A DNA stretch of 64,000 nt from Verrucomicrobiota bacterium (GTDB taxonomy: Bacteria; Verrucomicrobiota; Verrucomicrobiia; Limisphaerales; AAA164-E04): the NCBI GenBank assembly GCA_047947115.1, contig CP170459.1, forward strand, positions 4,640,001 to 4,704,000, read 5' to 3'. The notes under the pieces were generated by a model. It did no database searches. It had not been told where the DNA came from and saw only the letters and a list, made by a program, of their open reading frames with translations. The position numbers and the translations under genes are program-made. Below are positions 41,022 to 49,872 of this stretch, in pieces. How positions within the stretch are numbered: the stretch's first letter is position 1; every line of letters starts with the position of its first letter.

Positions 41022-41095
41022 GCGGGTGTGGTTCAATGGTAGAATGTGACCTTCCCAAGGTTGAGACGAGGGTTCGATTCCCTTCACCCGCTCCA
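41022..41095 (+). tRNA. tRNA-Gly(CCC)
   Basis: Acceptor stem GCGGGTG/CACCCGC, U73 and encoded CCA; anticodon loop TTCCCAA (CCC at 41054-56); T-loop GGTTCGATTCC. Confidence 0.97.
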
Positions 41096-41105
41096 ACTAT
41101 TCACC

Positions 41106-41237
41106 ATCAATAAGTTACAACTTTCTAAACTCTCAAAAATCGCAAAGTCAGAATAAAAGTCAGAATGAATTCTGACTTTTACTGAACCTGGACATTCCAT
41201 TTCGTTGATAAACGGGCGTTTGGAAAACCAGTCAGAA
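41106..41237. promoter_or_regulatory. Vestigial att-like region: IHF-like site and integrase arm-type repeats
   Basis: ATCAATAAGTTA (41106-17); AAAGTCAGAAT at 41144 and 41156, inverted at 41169-41179, partial at 41230-37. Confidence 0.55.
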
Positions 41238-41272
41238 AATGACTGTCGGAATAGGTGGATCACATTCCACTC

Positions 41273-41888
41273 TCAGACTTCGTCGTAGGTGGAATTGTAG
41301 ATTCCACGAAGCGTGTTGCCGTTGAAAGTCCAATAGGGTGCCGGAGCGACACTATACAAACCGTCTGTTATCAGCTTACGAGTGGCAGCAGTAATGGAAG
41401 TCTCCTCCCCTCGAAATCTGACTTTGCGGTCGGAAACCACCTCTACTGTTTCGTCCCCTTGGGTGAAGTGAAGAATTGATCCGACTGGAATACCCATTTC
41501 GGAGTAGTTCATGTTGGGTCGGCGCTGGAGCTTTTTGCTGGCTTCCCTGGAATCGATGTCCACTTTGTTGGCTTCCTCCACCACTGGGAGTGACATCCTC
41601 GACTGCCATCAGTTTAAGTAATGCAATGGCCTGATCGGGTTCGATCTGAAAGAATTCACGCTTCTGATTAATGCGATACGGACCGAAGGCTTGGTGAAAA
41701 GCACGCTCAACCACCTCCATATTTTCCACCTTTGCCGCATATGCGCATTCAAATGGAACAGGAACACCTGTGGAATAAAGCTCGTTCAGTCTTGTTTCAA
41801 CCTCTGCGCGGGAAGTTTTGCCAATCTTTACGAGACCCGGCATAGCTAGATTGATTAGAACGTAGACAATTCCGAGTTCCTGAGTCAT
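41273..41888 (-). pseudogene. GIY-YIG (T5orf172/MUG113-like) nuclease with C-terminal RAMA-like domain, frameshifted
   Basis: GIVYVL.N.AMPGLVKIGKT, STGVPVPF and REFF in one frame; C-terminal half (SITAA...APYWTFNG..L) in another; shift near 41585-41588. Confidence 0.8.
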
Positions 41889-42166
41889 GACAATTGCTTT
41901 CTGTTGATATCGGTATGGAGTTGGCAGGATTGCGCCAGCATGGCTCCTTCGGCGTCGGTGTAACGCGGTTTGAATTCCCGAACCTTGGCGTCGAGCAGGT
42001 TGTCGAAGAAGTAAGAACGCTCCTTTGCTCCATCGGCTGATGGCAAATCAGGATCAAACCCGCGCCGCTGCTCAGCGTCCTCGCAAGGCACTATCATCCA
42101 GCCGACAGCGTCGGCGTATTCGAGAATCCGAACTTGGGCAGTTTTTTGCTCTCCGGGAGTAGGCAT
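41885..42166 (-). pseudogene. hsdR: 5' stub of a type I restriction subunit R (copy 2)
   Basis: MPTPGEQKTAQVRILEYA..VGW...AEQRRGFDP resembles HsdR N-termini; truncated at 93 aa. Confidence 0.7.
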
Positions 42167-42169
42167 GGC

Positions 42170-44557
42170 TCAGTCTTCTGAAAGGAACCTGATTGCGTCA
42201 GTAGCTTCCTGAAACTGCCCGGAAAGCTCTGGCTTACCGACAAAGTGATATGACACGAAGCGGGCACCTTCGCGCTCGGTGCGATTAAAGAAGTAACATG
42301 CGTTTTTCGATGTTCCTGGCGAGGCATTGACTTGAATCAGCGGCAACAACTTCAGGGCGCCACTCTGGTCCCCGTTAACGATGTAAAGGCTATCGACATC
42401 CAACCATGTAGTCATCGATCGTGACTCCTTCAGGAACTCGCTGTTACTGCCTCTGAGCATGGCAATTTCATTTTCAAAAACGCCTCTGCGTGGTCTGCAA
42501 TGTATAGCGTTCACGACAACCGCCGAATCCCACACATCGGACATAGCTTGTCGAAGTTTTTCAACCTGCGCAAGTAGCTGTGCATTGCGGAGTTTTGCTT
42601 CATCTTGTCCCACGACACCACCATGGCCGCTCCAGTCGTTACGCATCTTGTTCGTTGCCCCAAGAATAGCGGCAATGCCTTTACTAGATAGCAGGCTTGG
42701 CAGCTTGAGCCCAGAATCAGCGAAAATCGACGCACAGATTGCCCTGTCGTTCTTTGCATCATCAGGTTTCTTGCCGTGCTCTTGCAGTAGTAATCGTGTC
42801 TGTTTTCCGAGGTATTCCACGACGAGCTTCCAAGTTCCAAATGTCCCGCGTCGGAAGCTAAGATTCTGCTTCCCCATTGATTCTTTCAGCTTCTGTTTGT
42901 GCAACGCATACAGCGCCTCGTTTCTGCTGAATGCACTCAGAAGAATGACACTTAGAAACTCGGCTGTTGCTTCGAAGAAATGGAGAAGGTGCTCATGCTT
43001 GGTCTTGTAGTCGTCACTTGGAGTCGCTTGCCAGGCGCGCAGGATGGATGCAATGGGAAATGGAATTGTCTCAAACCATTGGTCAAGCCCGATGCTAGCC
43101 TGCTCCTTCAATTCCCCTGTAATTCTCGCAGTGAACTCCGTCAAACGCTCACTCACGGTGTCCGCAAAGCGTGGGTTTCTCCAGAGCTCTCGCCTCAATT
43201 CCTGCAAATCGTTCTGAAGGCTGAACAAAGTGTTCTCTTCAGCAGAAAGTCTGGCTTCGATCTCAAGCATCTTTTGTTGGGTAGTCAAATCGGGGATGAA
43301 CACCTGAAGACTTTTAAGGGTCTGTTTATTCAGCTTGGGAATGGTGGTCCCTGACTTGCCCCACTCACGGATCTTCTTCCCAAGCTCAGAGTTCAGGAAC
43401 TGAGCGATAAATGATGCGTGAGATTTCGCAGGGTCGACGACGACCTGAGCGTAGTTCTGCGCTTTCATCGTCAGTTCATCAATCGAGTCGACCACATCGC
43501 TTTGACCGATCATGGGAACGAAAATTGCATTCGGCGCTATCGGGAATTTGAAACCCTCTCCAAAGCGACCGAGGTTGATTGTGGTCGCGAGATCTTCAAG
43601 AAGGATCGCAGGAAAACCGATCTGCTTACTGGCCGTTTCGAAGTAATCACTTGCCCGGAGCGAGTCTATACCGCGAAAGTCGAGCGCCTCAACATAACGG
43701 CCCAGTTCAACTGCTCCGCCTTCCTTGCCGTTGGCCAGATTGGACAGAATATGTGAGTTGGTATTTGCATCACCTGAAAGTTGCGCCACAAACATCGGCT
43801 TGGTCGACGATTTCGTGATAACCAAGAGGTATGTCGTGATTGCCGTGTAAGGAGCGAAGGACCCGGAAGGCAATGCGAGCGCCGCATCCACATTAAAACC
43901 AAGATCGGCGAAGCGCCTTAAAACAGATCGCTTGGAGAAAAAGAATGACAGCGGGACCACAAAAAGCCCCAAGCCATTCTCAGATAGCCTCGCGGTGGAC
44001 GCCGCAAGAATCAGATTCCCAAGATCATCCTTTAGCTCAAGCGGATTTCCCGCCATATCGGAAAGCAATAGCATCTCACTCGCTCTCCCGCCAAATGGCA
44101 GGCAACTGACAACGATGTCTATCGGATTTGCCAGCTTCTCCAGAAGCTCGAGAGGCTTGCCAATCATCCACTCTGCTGTAGGAAACAACGCTTTTGCAAG
44201 CATGCCCTCAGACGCATTCATATTGAAAGCGTAGCACCTTGAGACAGACACTGCGCGCTGAGCAATTGCCAGCAACGTTCCGACTCCAGCCCAAGGGTCA
44301 CACAGCGTTTGAGGAGAACGACCAGCAAGGAGTTTAGGCAGAGCATCGGAAAGAACAGGTGGAACATGAAGGTGATCAACATGAGGTCCGCCAAAAGTCT
44401 GAAGAATTGTGGGTATCAACACTGGAAGCTGGTCGGAGGGAACTGTGATTCCGAGTGAATTGAGACGCTCGGCAACGGCAATCGGAGCGACAGGAGCAGT
44501 GCCATGAGCAATTTCGTTCCTGAGTTTTCGCAGTTCGTTGAGCAATTCCGGGTTCAT
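42170..44557 (-). CDS. Fusion of a degenerate N6-adenine methyltransferase fold, an HsdS-like TRD/helix and a HEPN-like C-terminal domain
   Basis: Motif I DPWAGVG; motif IV degenerate SCLPFG; FLNSELG...GTTIPKLNK..LKSLQVFIPDL..QQK; RNDWSGH and N-terminal RNEIAH. Confidence 0.75.
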   Translation of the reverse strand: MNPELLNELRKLRNEIAHGTAPVAPIAVAERLNSLGITVPSDQLPVLIPTILQTFGGPHVDHLHVPPVLSDALPKLLAGRSPQTLCDPWAGVGTLLAIAQRAVSVSRCYAFNMNASEGMLAKALFPTAEWMIGKPLELLEKLANPIDIVVSCLPFGGRASEMLLLSDMAGNPLELKDDLGNLILAASTARLSENGLGLFVVPLSFFFSKRSVLRRFADLGFNVDAALALPSGSFAPYTAITTYLLVITKSSTKPMFVAQLSGDANTNSHILSNLANGKEGGAVELGRYVEALDFRGIDSLRASDYFETASKQIGFPAILLEDLATTINLGRFGEGFKFPIAPNAIFVPMIGQSDVVDSIDELTMKAQNYAQVVVDPAKSHASFIAQFLNSELGKKIREWGKSGTTIPKLNKQTLKSLQVFIPDLTTQQKMLEIEARLSAEENTLFSLQNDLQELRRELWRNPRFADTVSERLTEFTARITGELKEQASIGLDQWFETIPFPIASILRAWQATPSDDYKTKHEHLLHFFEATAEFLSVILLSAFSRNEALYALHKQKLKESMGKQNLSFRRGTFGTWKLVVEYLGKQTRLLLQEHGKKPDDAKNDRAICASIFADSGLKLPSLLSSKGIAAILGATNKMRNDWSGHGGVVGQDEAKLRNAQLLAQVEKLRQAMSDVWDSAVVVNAIHCRPRRGVFENEIAMLRGSNSEFLKESRSMTTWLDVDSLYIVNGDQSGALKLLPLIQVNASPGTSKNACYFFNRTEREGARFVSYHFVGKPELSGQFQEATDAIRFLSED

Positions 44558-44559
44558 GT

Positions 44560-44721
44560 TTAGTCCATTCTGATCTTCTTGCGGTGGTCGGCAGGTGGGA
44601 CTTCGGGATCAAAACCGTGCCTCTGCTCGGCTTCATCCAGCGACTCAAACATCCATCTGACAGCCTCGGCAGAATCGAGTATCCGGGCTTGGACGGCTTT
44701 GTGTTTTATTGGGTTGGGCAT
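44560..44721 (-). pseudogene. hsdR: 5' stub of a type I restriction subunit R (copy 1; 53 aa, absent from the ORF track)
   Basis: Manual translation MPNPIKHKAVQARILDSAEAVRWMFESLDEAEQRHGFDPEVPPADHRKKIRMD*, homologous to 41885-42166. Confidence 0.7.
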
Positions 44722-44727
44722 AAAAAC

Positions 44728-47682
44728 CTACTGGCTCGCCAGCGAATAGCGCCTCTCACGGGCCTTAAATGCGGCCTCCCCACCTTCAAGAAGCAGGCAA
44801 ACCGATTCCCGAATTCCCATTTCCACTCCAGCTACTGAATGCTCCAAAGAGCCAGAATCGTAGCGCAGGCATGGGTAAGGCTGGTTATCAGGACGCTCAG
44901 CCGTCGCGATAACGATTTGCTCAGCATCTGTAGCGACCACCAAATTAGGATTGTGAGTGATTAGAATAATCTGCCGGCGTGTCTTGGCCTTCCGAATGTA
45001 AGGAACGAGCTGCTTGTAAACAGACGAGTTGTCCAAATTGCCCTCAGGCTGGTCGATCAACAAAGGACGTGTGTCGTCCTCATCCATCAATAGATAGAGC
45101 ACTAGGAGTGCAATGCCGCGTGTGCCTGGTGAGAGATATTCTAGCTGAGTCCCAGAATAATGAATCTTATAAGTTAGTTCGACGTGCTCAACCGAGAACA
45201 ACCAATCATTGAGCTCAACCTCAGTCAGTTTGGCAGTTCCAAACTCGCTGGGGAATGTCCTTGGATCTATCACGGCAATCAATTCCCTAAACGCAACCTC
45301 AATTTTGTCGGGATCGCCACTCTTCCATGCTGGAGCGAGCTTCGTATCGACAATTTTCTCGATCTCATTTCTCTTGGATTCTACGCCAGCACGACGTCCA
45401 TCAAAGAAACGGGACGATTGTGCTAACCAAGACTTGGCGTCGACCTGGTATCCAACTGAGACGCTAAACTGCATTTCCTCTCCTAATTGATCAATTGCCT
45501 CCTGCAACGGGGTGTATAATTCCTTTAACCCCTCCTCGTCGGCAGACAACGCCTTGAATACTTCGAGATAGATCTCGATCTGGCGCTCCCTTCGCTTTAC
45601 AAGCATCGCCGATACCCTATCGTCGAGATTCTTGATCTCCTTATCCAGTCGCTCGGCGGACTTTGTCCGTTCAGCAATCTGCTTCTGCAGGTCAAGAAGA
45701 CGTTTTCGGCTGACCTCATCCTTCGCAACAGTCTCCTTCAAAAAGTTGATCTTTCGTTTCACGGTTAAAACAGACTGGGTGCCTTCATCGTCTTCCTCCG
45801 TTCCTTTTAGACTCGTGATTTCAGCGTCAATCTTTTCGATTTCTTTATCAAGCAAGCCATCTGCATCAGGTGACCATGTTGGGGCCAATGCAGTTACAGT
45901 GGCCTCGCCGACATCAGCAATGCGCAATTGCTTTTGGATTAAACCAATTTCCTGATCCGTGTTCTTTCTAACAGTAGAGAAAGATTCGATGGCGGTCTCG
46001 ATCACTCTTCGTATTCTTGTTTTGGTGGAGACTTTCTCTTCAATTTGATTAAGGAATGCCTGCTGCTTTTCGAGGTCCTCCAAGATTTTCTTGTCTACAG
46101 ATTGAGTTGCATCAGGAAGTTGCTTCTTAAGCTCTTCAGCTTGTTTCTCAGCTTCAGCTTTCGCTTTTATCTTCAATGGTCGTTGGTCAACTGATTCCTG
46201 TAATCGCTCGACTTCTTTGTGCAGGGTTGCCAAGTCACCACGTAAAGATTCCTTCTGAATGTTCGAAGCTGCCTCCCGTGCCTTTCGGAGTTCTCCAAAT
46301 GACGAATACCCTTCCTTTTGAACCTCATCGAGTTTCGCAAACACAACATCCTCAATAGCATTCTGCAGTTCGGTTCCCTCGTGATCCGAAGAACACAATC
46401 GCTCAACAAAATCCTGAGATAAGTAACGGACGCGCGGCTTGCTTGCAATGAATGGAGAATCAGTGAGAATTCCTTCAGTAACTTCTCCACCACCCCATTC
46501 CAGTTCAACTTTTGTTCCTGAAAGATGAAGTGCACCTTTTGTGATGAAAGACGACTGGGAATTCAAATCCATTGTGAAACCTGCGGCAAATGCAACAAGA
46601 TCAGCAATGGCGGTCTTTCCCGCTCCCTTCTCGCCAATTACTGCCACGAGTCCCTGGTTTAGTTCCAAGAAAAAAGTAGAGAACCACCCTGAAGAGTTTG
46701 AAATCGAGACGCTTCGAATTTGTTGACTTTGATCAGTTGGCCTTGGCGGTTGTTTGCCCACATGGATCCGATCCTCTGGTTCCCAAAGAATCTGACGAAG
46801 TCCATGGAAGGAAGGATCGCTTTTGATCCAGCAAAATCGGTCTTCGGCAGGTTTAAATAGAGTCTCAACGGCGTGAGCATCAGAGCCATGTATACAAGGC
46901 TTAAGGGATCGGTATTGTCTAATGATCTCATCAGTCGAAGTGCTGGCTTTTTGGCCAAGGTAGTGCTTCCGATCTGATGGGTTTCCGGAAAAAACAAAAT
47001 CGCACCACTTCAGAATTTCGTCTCTTATAGCACCAAACCCATCAAGTGGAAGGCCACTTATTCCATCTTTTCCGTTAGCAATCCCAACAAGCGAATTCGT
47101 GCGGAGCCACTTTTCCCTCCCTAACCAGTTTTTAATAGCAGTCTGATCAGGCTTGAACTGCTCGATACCAAATTTGTATGCCCGATCATCATCAGTAATG
47201 TTCGGATTTTGGACCTTTCCGAATTCGATCAATTCCTCCTTGCAGCAGCCGTAATCCTGTCCGTCATAATGGAATTTCAAATTGCGTAATGCACGCTTGA
47301 TTTGATCTACATGATCTGGCTCCGAAGGATCAACCAAAAGATGAAGATTGAGAGCTTTGCCGTCGTCCGTCTGCGGCATCATGCGAAATTCGATATTCGG
47401 TATAAGGAGATCGACAGATTTTAGACGGTCGTTGTTCCTATGCTCAACAAGTAGTTTCTCGTAACCGTCCACCGTCATGTAATCCGTTACACCAATTACA
47501 GAAATTTCTGCATCGGCCGCCGCAGTCTCAAGCGCATCCACATACTCATTCCAATTGAGACTTCCAAACGGGCTCCCGAGCTTACTTTCAGGTGTGTGGA
47601 CATGCGGGTCCCAACGCCGCCACTCGGAACCTCTTTGCCAAGTAGAAGGTGAGATTTTGATAGGTGATTCTGAATTGCTCAT
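44728..47682 (-). CDS. PHP-domain + SMC/ABC-type ATPase (TrlF-family / Ppl-like anti-phage protein)
   Basis: WDPHVHTP, GVTDY and HGSDAH PHP motifs; Walker A GEKGAGKT; coiled coil; LSPGTRG, LLIDQPEGNLDN and ITHN. Confidence 0.85.
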   Translation of the reverse strand: MSNSESPIKISPSTWQRGSEWRRWDPHVHTPESKLGSPFGSLNWNEYVDALETAAADAEISVIGVTDYMTVDGYEKLLVEHRNNDRLKSVDLLIPNIEFRMMPQTDDGKALNLHLLVDPSEPDHVDQIKRALRNLKFHYDGQDYGCCKEELIEFGKVQNPNITDDDRAYKFGIEQFKPDQTAIKNWLGREKWLRTNSLVGIANGKDGISGLPLDGFGAIRDEILKWCDFVFSGNPSDRKHYLGQKASTSTDEIIRQYRSLKPCIHGSDAHAVETLFKPAEDRFCWIKSDPSFHGLRQILWEPEDRIHVGKQPPRPTDQSQQIRSVSISNSSGWFSTFFLELNQGLVAVIGEKGAGKTAIADLVAFAAGFTMDLNSQSSFITKGALHLSGTKVELEWGGGEVTEGILTDSPFIASKPRVRYLSQDFVERLCSSDHEGTELQNAIEDVVFAKLDEVQKEGYSSFGELRKAREAASNIQKESLRGDLATLHKEVERLQESVDQRPLKIKAKAEAEKQAEELKKQLPDATQSVDKKILEDLEKQQAFLNQIEEKVSTKTRIRRVIETAIESFSTVRKNTDQEIGLIQKQLRIADVGEATVTALAPTWSPDADGLLDKEIEKIDAEITSLKGTEEDDEGTQSVLTVKRKINFLKETVAKDEVSRKRLLDLQKQIAERTKSAERLDKEIKNLDDRVSAMLVKRRERQIEIYLEVFKALSADEEGLKELYTPLQEAIDQLGEEMQFSVSVGYQVDAKSWLAQSSRFFDGRRAGVESKRNEIEKIVDTKLAPAWKSGDPDKIEVAFRELIAVIDPRTFPSEFGTAKLTEVELNDWLFSVEHVELTYKIHYSGTQLEYLSPGTRGIALLVLYLLMDEDDTRPLLIDQPEGNLDNSSVYKQLVPYIRKAKTRRQIILITHNPNLVVATDAEQIVIATAERPDNQPYPCLRYDSGSLEHSVAGVEMGIRESVCLLLEGGEAAFKARERRYSLASQ

Positions 47683-48077
47683 GGAATATATTTCATACCG
47701 TGAACATATATCTTCACGGCTATCAGTTGGTGAAGAAGGGTGTGGAAGAAGTTCTGGATTTGAATCTTCTTGGACATCTCCATAAGAATCTTCTGCTCTG
47801 TTGTCGCGAGAGCTGACGCAATTTCCTTCTGCTCGTCCAAGGTGGGCGGGATTCCGACTTTGACAGCTCCTAGTTTTGTGGAGGACCCGACCTCCTTGGC
47901 GATACGATCAAATTCATCATAGAAGAAGTCACAAAGGAGTTTGTTGAAGATCAGCGGAATGACATAATTCTTGTATTTCAGGGGGGGCTTAGCACCACGA
48001 ATCGAACAGACCGCATCCCAGATCAAGGATTCAAGTAATTTCTCTTTTACCGATTGCTTACTCAAGCTCTCCTCCAT
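47679..48077 (-). pseudogene. Chimeric hsdM' / 'hsdS deletion relic
   Basis: N-terminal half LESLIWDAVCSIRGAK...YVIPLIF.K.LCD (HsdM N-terminus); C-terminal half IPPTLDEQKEIA..L...LLHQL (HsdS C-terminus). Confidence 0.72.
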
Positions 48078-48126
48078 AATTTAAACATCGTTTCAGCCAT
48101 TTGATAACCGATTCCTGTTTAGTCAG

Positions 48127-48155
48127 ATACTAACGAAGGAATAAATATTTGGAAA
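48127..48155 (-). promoter_or_regulatory. Putative sigma70 promoter TTTCCA-17-TAGTAT (copy A)
   Basis: Hexamers and spacing identical to 54917-54945; lies upstream of ATG 48077. Confidence 0.6.
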
Positions 48156-48261
48156 GAACGAAAATTGAATATCCCATTATATCCATCACTGGCTTCTCGA
48201 AGGTGATCTCGCAGTTGCGGAGGTTCTTAGAGTGGTCAATCCAGAGACGGTGGAGCTTCAT
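48130..48261 (-). pseudogene. 5' stub of an AAA/ABC ATPase downstream of hsdS
   Basis: MKLHRLWIDHSKNLRNCEITFEK resembles the N-terminal strands of ABC-type ATPases; truncated before Walker A. Confidence 0.5.
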
Positions 48262-48264
48262 GGG

Positions 48265-49872
48265 CTAAGCAGACACTGCCGGGGATGATGCGCTCTCCGT
48301 GGTGAGTTCGGCCACGAGGGCTTCGAGGAGGTGCTGGGCAGTCGTTCGGGATTCTAGGAGCTGCGTTTCCAATTCATCCACTAGGGCAATCAGTTGGTTC
48401 ACTTTGGCGACGATCCGACGTTGTTCGGCGATGGGTGGAATTGGAACGGGTAGAGCACACATCACTCCACGTCCGACGTTCTTCATTGAGCTACTGGTGC
48501 CGGATGAGTTCTTTGCGTAATGATTTCTCGCTTGGCTTGAGGAATTAGCGAGATTGATAAAGTCTCGATCAATTTCGTCGGGGAACGTGAAGCGAACAAT
48601 CTTGTCGCTCATCATCAAATGTGGAGGGGTTTCGACGACTACCACACTTCGCGCAACCAGATCTTCGGTATTAGCTCTCGAGAGGAGGAAATCGCCAGGT
48701 TTCACTTCGCAGCCAGGTCGGGGTTCCATTTCTGGGGGTAAGGCCTTATTTTCATCAGGCTTGAAGGTGCCCCACGAGACCGCGCTAACCTTGAGCACTC
48801 CCCATTCAGTGCCTGTCCTTGGCTCAGGAAGGCACTGTGGGCTCCAGCCAGAATCACTGGTTAGACAGATACTCCCTAGTCTCACCCATTTCCACGATTG
48901 GGGAATATTGTATGGAACCTCGTGGTGATTAACATCGTCGTAGACTTTCGCTTTTTCAACAGCCCGAAGTTTTTTGATTCGCTCAATCAGCTTTTCCACG
49001 GCTTCGTCCCCCGGATCCTGTGGGACAAGTTTGCCTTGGACGGCGAGGGTGAGGATGGATTTTCGTAAGTCGGCAGGTGGGATGTGGTAGGAGGAATGGA
49101 ATAGGAAGTTGAGGTTGGCCGGGGTGGGCGCGTCGGCAAAGCGGGCCAGAGAGGCTCGGGCGAGGCCGTTTGCGCGGGTGTCGCGTTCCTTCTGCTGCAC
49201 CTCCAGTCGATCACACAAGGCCATCAACTCATCCACCTTCGCCACAATCCGCTTCTGCTCGGCAAGGGGTGGTAGGGGGAAATTAATAGATGCTAAGTCT
49301 CCCTTATTGAAACCTGCCTGAGCTGATCGGCTCGCTCCAGCGATTTTGGCCTGAAAGAAGTGTGACTTCAGCACTCTGAAGGCAAATTCTGGTAGCAAGG
49401 CGTCTTCTGGGTATATAAACTTAGCGAGCGCAACATTGTAGGCTCCGTCTCGCGCCCAGAAAATTTTGCCAACGGAGGCTCCGTATCGGCCAATGAGAAT
49501 TTCTCCTTCTCTACAAAATCGTTTTGTCGAATCCTCGGGAATGCAGACTGGAACCGGCCTTTCCCCTAAATCGCGGATTTGAAACAATCGCACATAGCCG
49601 GGCCTAGGCTGGTCAGAAAATTGACTCTTGGGAGGTTGGTTCCCTCCTTGGATGTCGCAGAATTTCCCAAAGTTCAGCAACCGCCAGTTTGAAGGTAGAT
49701 TGCTGGACAAAGGTTCATCCATATATCTGGATTCAACATTTTCATTTGTGGCGTTCTGATTGCTAAGCCGTCCTTGAACTGCCAAGTCCAAAACAAATCC
49801 TCGCATCTTCGCCACCGCATCGGGCGCATCAGCGAACTGGTCGAATTTTTCAAAAAACGTTTCGAGCTTCAT
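48265..49872 (-). CDS. hsdS: Type I restriction-modification specificity subunit
   Basis: Two TRDs, each followed by PLPPLAEQKRIVAKV / PIPPIAEQRRIVAKV; LAVQGKLVPQDP. Confidence 0.93.
   Translation of the reverse strand: MKLETFFEKFDQFADAPDAVAKMRGFVLDLAVQGRLSNQNATNENVESRYMDEPLSSNLPSNWRLLNFGKFCDIQGGNQPPKSQFSDQPRPGYVRLFQIRDLGERPVPVCIPEDSTKRFCREGEILIGRYGASVGKIFWARDGAYNVALAKFIYPEDALLPEFAFRVLKSHFFQAKIAGASRSAQAGFNKGDLASINFPLPPLAEQKRIVAKVDELMALCDRLEVQQKERDTRANGLARASLARFADAPTPANLNFLFHSSYHIPPADLRKSILTLAVQGKLVPQDPGDEAVEKLIERIKKLRAVEKAKVYDDVNHHEVPYNIPQSWKWVRLGSICLTSDSGWSPQCLPEPRTGTEWGVLKVSAVSWGTFKPDENKALPPEMEPRPGCEVKPGDFLLSRANTEDLVARSVVVVETPPHLMMSDKIVRFTFPDEIDRDFINLANSSSQARNHYAKNSSGTSSSMKNVGRGVMCALPVPIPPIAEQRRIVAKVNQLIALVDELETQLLESRTTAQHLLEALVAELTTESASSPAVSA

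Noticed and set aside
48265..49872. Phase-variable hsdS shufflon
   Set aside because: No invertase, no inverted repeats and no silent inverted TRD copies; the relic at 47679-48077 has only a C-terminal helix.
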